This document shows positions 26,168-38,518 of a DNA stretch of 64,000 nucleotides, in pieces (position 1 is the first letter of the stretch; each line of letters opens with the position of its first letter). Location: NCBI RefSeq assembly GCF_018977255.1, contig NW_024704743.1:1860001-1924000 (forward strand). The letters run 5' to 3'. Both the position numbers and the translations under genes were made by a program. Source of the DNA: Callorhinchus milii (taxonomy: Eukaryota). A model generated the notes under the pieces. The model did no database searches and had not been told where the DNA came from. It saw only the letters and a program-made list of their open reading frames with translations.

Positions 26168-26820
26168 GTGAGGCATTCCTTTCATTTCCTTCCCCCCCCC
26201 CCCCCCCCCCCCACCCCCACCACCTCCAAAAAAAATACCATCTCGCACATTTAATCCTCAAGGACAGAGCTGAAATCTCTGTAAAACTTACCTCTACCAC
26301 AATGATAGATAGCATTCTACGTCACTTTTCATCAAAGACCCCGTCAAAAAATACACACCCAGTTTGTGGGGGTTTGAAAGTGGACTTGGAATTAAAATTC
26401 CTATTTGGATAATAATAATAATAATAATAATAATAATCCCTTGCATTTGCAACACACATCTACAAATGCTCAGTCACTACACTTGGAAGCCATCTTCAGG
26501 CAAGGCTTAGAGACACCCGCGAGCGAGTTCGTGGGGGGGGAGAGCTTTGGGGTAAATGCTAGAACTTAACCAACTAAAACCACACCGTTTGCCATGGAGA
26601 GCGTCAGTCTGGGAAGCTTCCTGTCGCTTGTCTGGTCAGGACAGCAAGCGAGAGATTAAATGGAGCTGGGGCTGGGACTGCGGGATGGAGAGCCAGAGGG
26701 TGGCGGTGGAGCTGCTGGTGGTGGTGGTGGGGCGGGCGAGGCTGGGCACGTGGAGCAGGCCGGAGCTCGCTTCACAACCACAACTGTAACTAACCGATTG
26801 ACTTATTTCTGATCGGGCAG

Positions 26821-26941
26821 ATTTACATCTTCGAGAACAACATTTACTACCAACTGAACGTGGACAGTCGTGCTATCCGACTCGTGGCCAGTGGGAAGGA
26901 AGGGGTCATTTTTAATGGCCTGAGTGACTGGCTGTATGAAG
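26821..26941 (+). CDS. DPP6: DPP6 exon: [40 protein letters not shown]
   Basis: cag/gtaaga boundaries; 121 nt; NGLSDWLYE(EE) motif. Confidence 0.96.
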
Positions 26942-27084
26942 GTAAGACATATGGCTTGACAATCCAGCAACAATAATGCTGGCTTAATAATGATAATAAT
27001 AACGGTAATAATAATGATGATAATAATCCTTGCATTTGATATTGTAAACTGGATTTGACTGTAGAGTGTAGTGACTGTGTCTCC

Positions 27085-27415
27085 TGCTGTTCCATCCTCC
27101 CATCACAGCGTCAAGCTGTTTTTTTTTAACTGAGTCCAGCATCATCGTGTCCTTAATCACCTTTCCTGGCAACCTGTTCCAGTCATTAATTACCCTCTGG
27201 GTAAAGGTATCTCTACTGAAATTGTGCTTTGCGAGTCATAAACCTGCGCCCTCTTGTTCCCCTACACGTGTTCTTCTGGGTACGTCTCGAAAAAGCATTA
27301 TCGCGTGTTTCCTTTTCGTTCAATCTCATTTAAGATGTTACACAACCTCTACGAGATCCCCTCTGAGACATCAACTCTCAGCGCTAAAGAGCTCGAGCTT
27401 GTCTAATTCATGCTC
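27085..27415 (-). mobile_element. CR1-clade LINE 3' fragment
   Basis: Minus strand reads ...RGDLVEV...QRVINDWNRLPGKVIK...KKQLDAVM. Confidence 0.75.
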
Positions 27416-27875
27416 GAGAGAGAGGTAGAGAGAGAGCGAGCGAGAGAGAGCGAGAGAGAGAGAAAAAGAGTTATTAGAGAGCAGGGAAGAGAGGTAGTTT
27501 TTGGAAAGATTGGTATTCCAGTTGGGCAACCAGTGGATTGAAACCTCCCGAGTGTATTGGACTAGGAACTGCTGATCCGATGTAATGCAAACTCAAAACA
27601 TTTCACTTCAAACTGAACAGCTCGGTTGCTTTGCCTCAAGTGCTTGTGTTGACGTTACAATAATAATTATAATAATCTCTGCATTGGATGTAGTGCCTAA
27701 TCAAATCGTTGAGACAGCTCAAACAGCTCACAGGGTACATTGTACAGTGTAATGATTATATTTTGTAGTCAAACCCGGCAGCCAATTTGCGCCATCAACA
27801 GCCAGAGAGTGAGCGACCAATTTGATTTTGGGCTGATGTCGACCAGGGACACCTTCTGTGTTTTGAATCTTCGAT

Positions 27876-28287
27876 AATAATAATAATGATACTAACAACA
27901 TTAATAATAATCCTCGCATTTGATGCAGCGCCTTTATCAGGTCTTCCAGACGCCTCAAAGCGCTTCACACGATACGCTGTAAAGTGAATCGAATGTGTAT
28001 TTGGGGGAAAAATGCGGCAGCCAATTGCGCACAACAGCGTCCCCACAAACAGTCGCGGATGAAGTGAACAGTTTTTTTTTCGAGGGATTATTAGCCTCCG
28101 GAAATGTGATCCGCCAATCCACTGACGACCGGGTTCCACCGAGGTAAACAGAGCCGCGCGTGTGTGTGTGTGTGTGTGTGGAGTGAGGAAACTTGCCCAA
28201 TGTCTCGCCCTGACCTGCCCGGGAATCGAACCCGGGTCCTCTCGCTCGCGAGGCGAGGGCTCTAACCCCTGAGCTACAGAGACTCCA
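27876..28287 (-). mobile_element. Young tRNA-derived SINE copy
   Basis: Reverse-complement consensus. Confidence 0.88.
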
Positions 28288-30113
28288 CTTTACAATATAT
28301 CCTGTGAAGCGCTTCGAGACGATTCGACAAGGTGATGAGGCGCTGTATCAAACGCGAGCATTATTAATATTATTCCCTCCCTGCCATCCCCAGGTTCAAA
28401 TCCTGTCGTGAGAAACAGGAGGGAGGAGTGATAGTCTTGGCCCACTGACCTGCAGTAATGTAGAGGCAAACGCTTTAAATCAAACTGAATGCTTGTACAG
28501 CTGTAACCCTGCCTCGTCCGTTCAAGCAGAAGGCTATTGAAATGGAGCGGAATGCAACTTGCAAGGTTACATCGATTGCGATCCTTGAACGGAGCAGAAA
28601 TATATAACCTAACCCACATTTCTTTTGTCTGGGATCGCCCTGCCTCTCCGATCGATGCGTATTTAAACTAGAACCGCTGTGTCTCCGTGACAAAGAGAGT
28701 TCCCCACAGATAGGTTCAGGTTCCAAAGGCCAAATTACGTAATTTATTATAATAATAATAATAATAATGATAATCCTGGTATTTGACACGGCGCCTGATC
28801 ACGTCTTCGAGACTTCTCTCAAAGCGCTTCACAGGATACACCGTAAAGTGAATTGACTGTGTATTTTGTGGGCGAAACTCGGCAGCCGATTATAATAATA
28901 ATAATAATAATAATCCTTGCATTTGATATAGCGCTTTTCACGTCAGGAGGACGTCCCAAAGCGCTTCACAGAACACACTGTAAAGTGAATTGACTGTATA
29001 TTTGTGGGCGAACGCGGCAGCCAATTGCGCACAGCAATGTCCCACAAACAGTCGTAGATTGAAAATGACCAATTTAATTATTGTTTTTGGTTTTTTGGAG
29101 GGATTATTATTAGGCTCTGTGTGGAGTAAGGAAACTTGCCCAAGGTTTCGCCCCGCCCTGATTGCACACAGCAGCGTCCCCCACAAACAGCCGCGGGTTG
29201 AGTGATTGATTCATTATTATTAATTGGAGTAAACTACAGGACTCCATCGGCTGAGTCCCCAACTCCGCTTGAGAGTCGGATTGTCCACCCTGGAGTGGCC
29301 AGTCCGAATTAGTGCAGAAAACTCTCTTTATTGTACATATCGCTGCTTTGTTGAGCCATCCACGGCTGTTGGTGGGGGGGACGCTGCTGTGTGCAGTTGG
29401 CTGCCACGTTTCGCCCACAAAATACACAGTCACTACACTTTGCAGTGTATCCTGCGAAGCGCTTTGAGGCGTCTCGAAGTTGTGATAAGGCGCTGAATCC
29501 AATGCCAGGATTATTATTATTATTATTATTAATAATAATATTATTATCATTGCCTCTGGTGATCTGGGAGATTGGGTTTCAGACAGAGTGCCGTTGCTAA
29601 TTCAGAAACGAGCAGTGATGTGACCGCAGGCGTATATATCAAGTCTGAGCGGAGGAACAGCGGGGGAGATATGGATCTAAATGAGTGCGTTTGAGAATCT
29701 GTGGACTGCAGCTTCTCTGTGTCATTCTGATTTATGTCAAACCATCCACTGGTGAGCTGCCACCCTCCCGGGTGGAAAGTGCCCGGGGCATGGCGAAAGG
29801 TTGGGCAAGTTTTCTTGCTCCACACACACACGCCTGTGTGACGGTCACTTCAACCCACGGCTGTTTGTGCGGGACGCTGCTGTGCGCAATTGGCTGCCGC
29901 GTTTCGCCCACAGAACACACAGTCACTTCACTTTACGGTGTATCCCGTGAAGCGCTTTGAGACGTCCCGAAGGCGTGATGAGGCGCTGTGTCAAATGCCA
30001 GGATTGTTATTATTCTTGTGATGATGATTATTATTATTTGTGGGACGTTGCTGTGCGTAATTTGGTCTCCACGAAAAAAACACACTCAGTCACTACACTT
30101 GGCAGTAAATGAC

Positions 30114-30179
<66 letters not shown>
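30114..30179. repeat. (AAT)n microsatellite, a SINE tail expansion
   Basis: About 22 units followed by CTTCGCATTTGAT (antisense SINE tail). Confidence 0.9.
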
Positions 30180-30783
30180 CTTCGCATTTGATTTAGGGAC
30201 GCGAGGGGAGTCCTCAATCAAACGCGAGAATCATTACAGTCGTTATTATTATCCTTATTATTTTTTGTTATTTAACACAAAATAGTCTGAAGGTTCAGGG
30301 ATTAAGTCCCAATGCCCTGTGGCCGCCTTTCCCAGTTATCTATTGTCTGATGTGCGAGCAGTTGCGTCTAAGCATTAGCTATGCTATTTGCATTGCTTCA
30401 TCCTAATGCGCTTGTACGGTCTTTATGTTCCGTAATGATAAAAATCTCGGCAACAGCAGTTAGCAGCTGTTGTACATAATCAGTTGTTCCACGTCAGCGG
30501 CTGCTGCCTTTCCCCGCGGCAGCGTCCTTGACAGAGGTTTGACTTTGTCTTAAAATCGGAAAAAAAAGAAACGCACGCATCACTCGGGGGGTGGGGGGTG
30601 GGGGGGGAGAAGCCGACTGGGTTTGATATTCAGTTCCTGTCACCGCTCACATCCGAGCGGAATCTTTGGGCTCAGCCAAACGACCTGGAGCCGGATAAAC
30701 ACACTAACTCCTCTTCGTCTGGACAAAGACTTTGCTGAGATCAACCTCTTCAACCGTGCCTCCCCCCCCCCCCCCCCCCACCC

Positions 30784-30822
<39 letters not shown>

Positions 30823-30892
30823 GCTCTGTGCCCAACCTCGCCAACCTCGCGCAGCACTTGGAGACTGTATCCTGCACGAATATAATAGCAAT

Positions 30893-31266
30893 GATAATAA
30901 TCCTGGCATTGGCTGCACGTCTGCGAGACGTCTCAAAGCGCTTCGCAGGATAGGCTGTAAAGCGAATTGACCGTGTGTTTTGCGGGCGAAACACAGCAGC
31001 CGATCGCGCACGGCAGCGTCCCCACAAACGGCCGCGGGTTGAAGTGATCGAATTATTATTATTATTTTTTTGAAGGGATTATTACCCCCGGAAAAGCCAT
31101 CCACCAATCGACTAACAACCGGGTTCCTACTGACTGCCGGTAAACAGAGGCGCGTGTGTGTGGAGTGAGGAAACTTGCCCAACATCTCGCCCTGACCTGC
31201 CCGGGAATCGAACCCGGGTCCTCTCGCCCGCGAGGCGAGTGCTCTAACCCCTGAGCTCCAGGACTC
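30893..31266 (-). mobile_element. Young tRNA-derived SINE copy
   Basis: Reverse-complement consensus. Confidence 0.88.
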
Positions 31267-31697
31267 TTGAACTGCTCCTAATTGGACGCCTTTCTTCCAA
31301 GGCCTGAAATTCCACCAATTTTCAGATTATGCCCGAAAATAATAGTAAAAAAAACCCCAATAATCCTTGCGTTTGACATAGTGCCTCATCACGTCGTTCA
31401 CAGGATACACTCCAGCGTAGTGACTGTGTATTCTGTGGGCAAAACGCAGCAGGGATTTCTGCGCTTCTGTTTTTATTGATGTATAAATTCAACGTCTTTA
31501 GTTAGTTTCTTTATCTAATTTCTTTCCCCTCTGGTTTAAGCCTCCCTGAGGCTGCTCTGACTTCTCCCGCTGGGGGAGAGGTTCCAGGGGGCAATGTTTG
31601 CCCGAGTCCTGTAGCTCAGTGGTTAGAGCAAACGAGAGGACCCGGGTTCGATTCCCGGGCCGGTCAGAGGGAAACCTTGGGCAAGTTTCCTTACTCC

Positions 31698-31935
31698 CCA
31701 CACACACCCACATCCACACCCACACACACACACCCACACCCACACACACACACCCACACCCACACACACACACACACACCCACACCCACACCCACACCAC
31801 ACCCCCACACACCCACACACACACCCACACACACACAACCACACACACACACCCACACCCACACCCACACACACACACACACCCACACCCACACACACAC
31901 ACACACACACGCCCACACCCACACACACCCACACA
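31698..31935. repeat. Expanded (CA)n/(CACACC)n array inside a SINE copy (31604-31962)
   Basis: SINE head before it and CGCGCCTCTGTTTACCGGCAG after it. Confidence 0.9.
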
Positions 31936-34566
31936 CGCGCCTCTGTTTACCGGCAGTCAGTAAAAAGACGTGATGAGGCGCTGTGTCAAATGCCGGGAGT
32001 ATTTTTTTATTATTATTCCCGCATGAAAGACATTTTATCAAATGAGAGGATTATTATTATTCGTTGTGGCCATTACCACAGCTCACTTCCCCCTCCTCCT
32101 CCTCCTCCTCCTCCTCCTCCTCCTCATCATCGCTTATTGTAATTCCAGGCATCCCCCAAACCCACTTCCCTCCCCCCGCCCTCCACCCCCTTCCCCCCCC
32201 CCACCCCCCACACCTCCGCCAGCCTTGATCTGACATCTCCTCTCGTAATGACAAATTACCCCCCACTCTTTACGCTGGAGACAGCCTGTCACTGGAGGGC
32301 AGTAACAGCATTGGGGTAATGCTGGCATCAGCGCAGCTAAAAACGCGCCGGGAATCTAATCCGCAGAGAATCTGCCTCATCCCTTAATGTATCTTGCACT
32401 CATCTCCGCGGAGATTTATTCAATTACTGCAGTGGGAAATTGCTGCTGATAATATTTACCTTCGAAGCCCACCCGCCAGAGAATCAGCCAACCGGCCTCA
32501 CACAAATTGTTGAGCTTCACGGATGTTCAGGAGACTGGATTAGGCTTCTCCGATCAACTGCCGTGCGCAATTGGCTGCCGCGTTTCGTCCAAGAAATTCA
32601 CTCCATAGCGAATCCTGTGAAACGCTTTGAGACGTCTTGAAGCTGTGATTAAGGCGCTGTGTGTCAAATGCAAGGATTATTATTATTATTATTGAATCCA
32701 GATCAATGTGTTAAGGTGCCCCCCCCCCCCCCCAAGACTTTGCGGAATCCCGTAGCGTAGTGGTTAGAGCAAGCGAGAGGACCGTGGGTTCGATTCCCAG
32801 CGGGGCAAAACCTTAGGCAAGTTTCCCTAACTCCACACGCCTGTGTTTACCGGCAATAAGTAGTAACCCGGTTGTTGGTCGAGGGGGCAATAATACCTCC
32901 CTCAATCCACGACTGTGTGTGTGGGGACGCTGCTGTGCGCAATTGGCTGCCACATTTCACCCACAAAACACGCGGTCACTCCACTTTACAGTGCATCCTG
33001 TGAAGCGCTTTGCGACGTCTCGAAGACGTGATCAGGGGCTGTGTGAAAAGCAGGGATCAGGCATTATAAGCGCTTGATGGAACGCAAGGATTATTATTTT
33101 GTTATTAAGGCAACGGTGCTTAGATTAAGATGAAGAGGATTTAAAGCCCCCATCTCCCCCACCCCCCCCACCCCCAGCGCTCCTGATCACAGACAGCCAT
33201 TCATCACAGAATTATCTCTGAGCTGCTTTGGCTGGAATCCGGACATCAAGCAGATTAAACAAACCTCCCAGATGCTCCTCTGGACCCTTGTCCAGCTTGT
33301 CTATGGAGACGCTCTCCCTGACCTCTATTTCCGTCGGGATATTCCATCGGATTCACAAGACTCTTGAAGAGTAACTGCAAAGGTGGACAAGGCTTCAAAC
33401 CAGGCAAATGGAGATCTAGGAGTTGTGTCAAGAGTAGGAGCATTTTTCCTAAAAAGGATTTATTCCCCCGGAAAAGCGATCCGCCAATCGGCTAACAACC
33501 GGGTTCCTACTGACTGCCGGTAAACAGAGGCGCGTGTGTGTGTGTGTGTGTGTGTGTGGAGTGAGGAAACTTGCCCAATGTCTCGCCCTGACCTGCCCGG
33601 GAATCGAACCCGGGTCCTCTCGCTCGGAGGCGAGGGCTCTAACCCCTGAGCTCCAGGACCCCACCTCTTTGCACACGCGGTTCACATCTAACTTCACCCC
33701 GTCGCTTTGTAAAAGGCAAATCTTTGCCTGGCGGCCTGGCCCGTGGAGGAAGATTCATTACCGCACAGCGCTGCAAAACTCTAATCCTCTTTAAAGAATA
33801 ATCCGCAATTTAATCTTCAGTGTGTGCGAGTCGCCTTCGCGAGTACATTTGACTTAATCCTAAATGTTGGGTTGAGTTTTCAAGCGCGGGTTTTTTTGTG
33901 CATTAACGTGTGGATTTGCTGGGTCCGAGCGCATTGCTTTGTCTCTGTTTTCACGCCCATCCATTCGTTCTTTAAAATATACTGTGTACGATTTCACAAG
34001 CCTCTTTTTTCATTGCAAGGTGAAACTGTAGCCTTCTCGAGTAGAATTTGCAGGTTAATTTCCTGTGACAATAATAGTGCAACGGTGATGGGATTTGGCA
34101 GTGCCTAATAACAGGGGATGATGTTTTTATGATTGCTGAATTTTGTCGAAAGACACTGCGATTCAAAACCATGCAAAGGCTTCCACCTACTGTCGGCAAA
34201 CCAGGGTGCACAGAGCTTGGGGGAAGCGAAAATACTACAGTCATCACAATCCTTGCATTGGATAACAACCCGGTTGTTAGTCGATTGGCGGATCGCTTTT
34301 CCAGGGGGGGATATAATCCCTTCAAATTATTTTAATAAAATAATAATAAATTGGTCGCTCAACCCACGGCTGTTTGTGGGGACGCTGCTGGGCGCAATTG
34401 GCTGCTGCGTTTCGCCCACAAAATGCCCGGTCATTGCACTTTACAGCGTGTCCTGTGAAGCGCTTTGAGACGCCTCGAAGACGCGATAAGGCGCTGTGTC
34501 AAGTGCCAGGATTATGATTGTCATCATTATTATTATTCATTAATAAAACCTGTTTATCTTCTGCAG

Positions 34567-34721
34567 AGGAGCTTCTGAGAACCAACATCGCTCACTGGTG
34601 GGCCCCGGATGGAGCCCGATTGGCTTACGCCACCATTAATGACTCCAAAGTCCCCAACATGGAGATCCCTATGTACCTGGGCTCCCTCTATCCCACCGGC
34701 AAAGTCTACCCTTACCCTAAG
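34567..34721 (+). CDS. DPP6: DPP6 exon: [52 protein letters not shown]
   Basis: ctgcag/gtaacg boundaries; 155 nt; IAHWWxPDG and YPK motifs. Confidence 0.96.
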
Positions 34722-35262
34722 GTAACGTGCGTGTGGGCTGACCGCGACTCCACCAGTTTTCCTTCAGCCATTCATTTGCACCGGAATAACACGTAGGGAG
34801 TCCTGTAGCTCAGTGGTTAGAGCACTCGCCTCGCAAGCGAGAGAGAGAGAGAGAGAGAGAGGACCTGGGTTTGATTCCCGGGCAGTCAGCAGGAACCCGG
34901 TTGATAATCAATTGGTGGATCACTTCCCATGTGTGTTTCCGTGTGTGTACAGCCTGTGTGTGTGCATGTCTTTGTGTGTCTGTGTGTTCCTATGTTCTGA
35001 CGTGAAAAGCGTTGTATAAATGTAATTTGTTGTTGTTGTTGTTCTGCTTACATAATGCAGGATTTTCTGTTGGTACATAAGAGATGTTTATAAGAGACTT
35101 GAAGGGTGTGGGGGTACGACAGGGCAGTGAGATTGAATGGAATAGGTTGCTTTGAGAACCGGGGTCGGGCTCGATGTGGGCTGAAGGACGTGGTTTAGCG
35201 CTGTGAGTTTCTCTGATGCTAATGACCTGCCCTGTCACTCACCTCGTCTGTTCGTGCCGCAG

Positions 35263-35360
35263 GCTGGAATGGAGAACCCAACCATTTCCCTGTACATCGT
35301 TAATGTCAACGGTCCACCTCACACTGTGGAAATGTCAAGACCAGATGATGTAAGAATGAG
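35263..35360 (+). CDS. DPP6: DPP6 exon: [32 protein letters not shown]
   Basis: cag/gtgagt boundaries; 98 nt; AGxENP motif. Confidence 0.94.
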
Positions 35361-35487
35361 GTGAGTCTGTAACCAATATTATAATCATGACAATGATTAT
35401 CATTGATTCCCCTGATAAGAGGAATATTCCTCCATGAGGGAGAGGGCTATTATAATAATAATCATCATCATCATTGCATTTGATACA

Positions 35488-35749
35488 GGGCTATTGGAAA
35501 AGAGCGGAGGAGTGGGGTTGATCGGGGCTATGGGGAGAGAGCGGGGGAGTGGGGTTGATCAGGGCTATGGGGAGGGGGAGAGAGCGGGGGAGTGGGGTTG
35601 ATCAGGGCTATGGGGAGAGAGCGGGGGAGTGGGGTTGATCAGGGCTATGGGGAGAGAGCGGGGAGTGGGGTTGATCAGGGCTATGGGGAGAGCGCGGGGG
35701 AGTGGGGTTGATCAGGGCTATGGGGAGAGAGCGGGGGGAGTGGGGTTGA
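35488..35749 (+). repeat. G-rich minisatellite, 7 copies of a 36-43 bp unit (ATCAGGGCTATGGGGAGAGAGCGGGGGAGTGGGGTTG), continuing into a CR1 3' tail (35750-35820)
   Basis: Units read directly from the sequence. Confidence 0.92.
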
Positions 35750-35940
35750 ATTGGAAGTTCTTTTCAAAGAGCAGCACAGACACAATGGGCTGAATGGCCT
35801 CCTTCTGCGCCGTGTAAATGTACGAATCTACAGTGTTAAAATTGACAGCGAGCGGGTCAGCAGGTTAGCAACGGGTGAAGATGTTCTTCTGGCGATGTTC
35901 TTCATCAATGTCTTGACTCAGAACATTTCCCTGTTTCCAG

Positions 35941-36064
35941 GGAGTTCTACATCACCATGGTCAAGTGGGCGACAAGCACAAAACTGGCAGTGAATTGGCT
36001 CAATAGACCTCAGAACATCTCCATCCTGACCTTGTGCGAAGCCACCACCGGTGTCTGCACTAAG
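35941..36064 (+). CDS. DPP6: DPP6 exon: [41 protein letters not shown]
   Basis: ttccag/gtaccg boundaries; 124 nt; close to human [23 protein letters not shown]. Confidence 0.96.
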
Positions 36065-36553
36065 GTACCGTCTTACCCACCCATCCTCTTTGTCCCTTGA
36101 ACCCTCCGCCGTGCCTTCAGCCACTACATGACGCCCCGAAACTCTGGAACTCTCTCCCTCGATCCCTCCGCCTCGCCCCGCCCCTCTTTAAATCCCACCT
36201 TAAGACCCAACCTCTTCGACCGCGACTACATCTACACCTCCTACTCCCCCTTCTCCCTGGCCTGGCTCAGTGTCAAACCCAGCCACCGTGCAACGCTCTG
36301 AGACACTGTACCACATACAGCGAGGGCTGTATATCAGAGCAAGTTGTGGTCAATATTATTGTGGTCAGCTGTGTATCTGACACACACACCCACGCACCAA
36401 TGGCTCTGCTCAAGTCATCTGAGGCCCTCAATTTTGCATAGCTTTTAACCTCAACGCCTTTGTCCAGCTTGGGATGATCCCTTGTGGTTTATTTTTGGTG
36501 CTTGACCAGGTGATGGTCTATCTATCTGTCTTTCTGTTTGTTTGTGGTTACAG

Positions 36554-36592
36554 AAACATGAAGATGAAAGTGAAAGTTGGCTCTCCAGGCAG
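36554..36592 (+). CDS. DPP6: DPP6 micro-exon: KHEDESESWLSRQ
   Basis: cag/gtacga boundaries; 39 nt; KHEDESE is DPP6-type rather than DPP10-type. Confidence 0.94.
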
Positions 36593-36668
36593 GTACGAGT
36601 TCCGAATTAACTGAGACGACAAGTCATTTTGTCGCTCACTATCTCCATCTTTTACTCTCTGACGCTCC

Positions 36669-36704
<36 letters not shown>

Positions 36705-36950
36705 GCATCTCGGTCTGTGTATCTCACTCTGTCGCTCTGTCTCTCGCCATCACTCCGTCTCTTTTTGTGTGATGTGTGTCTTTCGCTGTCTGTCTCACTC
36801 TCAATTCTGACATTCCGTTCTGATCTAAACGCGGAATGTTTGGAGGGACGACGTGTCGTCTTTCCATGACCTAAAGGCGGGTTGCACGGGGGCACCGCCA
36901 TCTCCAACCTTCCTGCCATCCTAAAAGCCCGCTGTTGTTGCCCGTTTTAG

Positions 36951-37058
36951 AATGAAGCGCCTTTGTTTTCTAAAGACGGAAGGAAGTTCTTCTTTGTCCG
37001 GCCACTTTCCCAGGGAGGCCGTGGGAAGTTCTACCACATCGCCATGTCCTCAGCTCAG
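36951..37058 (+). CDS. DPP6: DPP6 exon: [36 protein letters not shown]
   Basis: ttttag/gtcagt boundaries; 108 nt. Confidence 0.95.
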
Positions 37059-37784
37059 GTCAGTTCCAATTCTTCTGGTGCGATTCCTTGAAAACTTGCC
37101 TCTTTGACCTCATTTCCGGTCATAAGAACACGAGAACTGCTAAGACCAAAGTCCACCTCGTTGGCCTCCCACCTCCCTGGGGGTCGCCTGCTCACGTGTC
37201 CTGAACTCCCTATGTTCTGTATCCCATCGTGTTATTCCCTAAAAGAAAACCATCTAATCTGCGTTGGAAAGAATCCACGTTTCCTGCTTCGACCGCCTCC
37301 CCAGGGAGCGTGTCCCACAGGCTCACTGATCGCTCACTGGAATACCGTTTGCGGAGATTTGTTCGGAATTTTACCCCTTTCAATCACTCGCAGACCGTGT
37401 CTGTCCTCTGGTTTTACTATTAATCACAATAATAATAATCCTGGCATTCGATACAGCGCCTAATCACGTCTTTGAGACATTATTTTTGGTCTGTTCTGCC
37501 ATAGGATAGTGGAACATGCTCGAGGGGCTGAATGGCCTACTTCTGTTTCTAATTTCTCTGTTTCTATCTCTCAGATACCCTCCACGGCTGCTCCCTTCTC
37601 TCAGCAAACACCAGCCCGCTTCACCTCCCTCACCCCAGCCTAAGTTTACAGTCATTTTTCCCCTGGATCTCATTCCCCGGGTGTCCCTCCGACTTGCCCC
37701 CACACCCCACTCCCCACCCCACCCCCATTTTCGAAGCCCGCTTTGAGACTTACCTGTTTGACCGCACGCTCAGCCAAACCGGCT

Positions 37785-38151
37785 CCCAGCCCAACCCAAC
37801 CCAGCCCAACCCAGCCCAACCCAGCCCAGCCCAGCCCAACCCAACCCAACCCAACCCTGCCCAACCCAACCCAACCCAACCCAACCCAGCCCAACCCAGC
37901 CCAGCCCAACCCAGCCCAGCCCATCCCAGCCCAGCCCAGCCCATCCCATCCCAGCCCAACCCAGCCCAGCCCAGCCAGCCCAACCCAACTCAACCCAACC
38001 CAACCCAGCCCAACCCAACCCAGCCCAACCCAACCCAGCCCAACCCAACCCAACCCAGCCCAACCCAACCCAACCCAGCCCAACCCAACCCATCCCAGCC
38101 CAGCCCAACCCAGCCCAGCCCATCCCATCCCATCCCAGCCCAACCCAGCCC
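37785..38151. repeat. Pentanucleotide array (CCCAA/CCCAG/CCCAT)n, about 370 bp
   Basis: Read directly; it produces the spurious PNPTQ/GLGWA ORFs. Confidence 0.95.
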
Positions 38152-38190
38152 GGGATTAATGAAAGTGTCCTTGCTTTTTCCCTTATCCAG

Positions 38191-38282
38191 CCTAACAGTA
38201 GCAGTGACAACCTGCAGTCTATCACGTCTGGTACATGGGACGTGACCGAGATTTTAGCCTACGATGAGCTCCACCAGAAAAT
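38191..38282 (+). CDS. DPP6: DPP6 exon: [30 protein letters not shown]
   Basis: ccag/gtaagt boundaries; 92 nt; PNSSxDN-QSITSG is DPP6-type. Confidence 0.95.
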
Positions 38283-38470
38283 GTAAGTGTCCCAGCCATA
38301 TACACACAGCTACAGCAGATATACAATCTGAGCCGCGTACACACAGCCACAGTAGATATAAATGTCGGGAGTGCTGGATAATATTTTATATTCTGTTGCT
38401 GTTATTAATAATGTTTGCCCGGTTAGCTCTACACTCTGTTACTAAACTCAATCATATTCTTGTCCCACAG

Positions 38471-38518
38471 TTATTTCTTGAGCACAGAGGACTCTCCTTT
38501 GCGTCGACAGCTGTACAT
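38471..38518 (+). CDS. DPP6: DPP6 exon: YFLSTEDSPLRRQLY
   Basis: cacag acceptor; frame-preserving donor AT|GTAGGT gives 48 nt; a second GT lies 4 nt downstream (see findings). Confidence 0.88.

Noticed and set aside
35488..35749. CRISPR-like regular repeats of about 37 bp
   Set aside because: No unique spacers, no cas genes, and a eukaryotic intron; it is a CR1-derived minisatellite
37785..38151. Resemblance to immunoglobulin switch-region pentamers (GGGCT/GGGGT)
   Set aside because: No AGCT motifs, no Ig context, and the G-rich strand is the template strand
37670..38245. Long ORFs of PNPTQ/GLGWA repeats
   Set aside because: Translations of the pentanucleotide array inside a DPP6 intron
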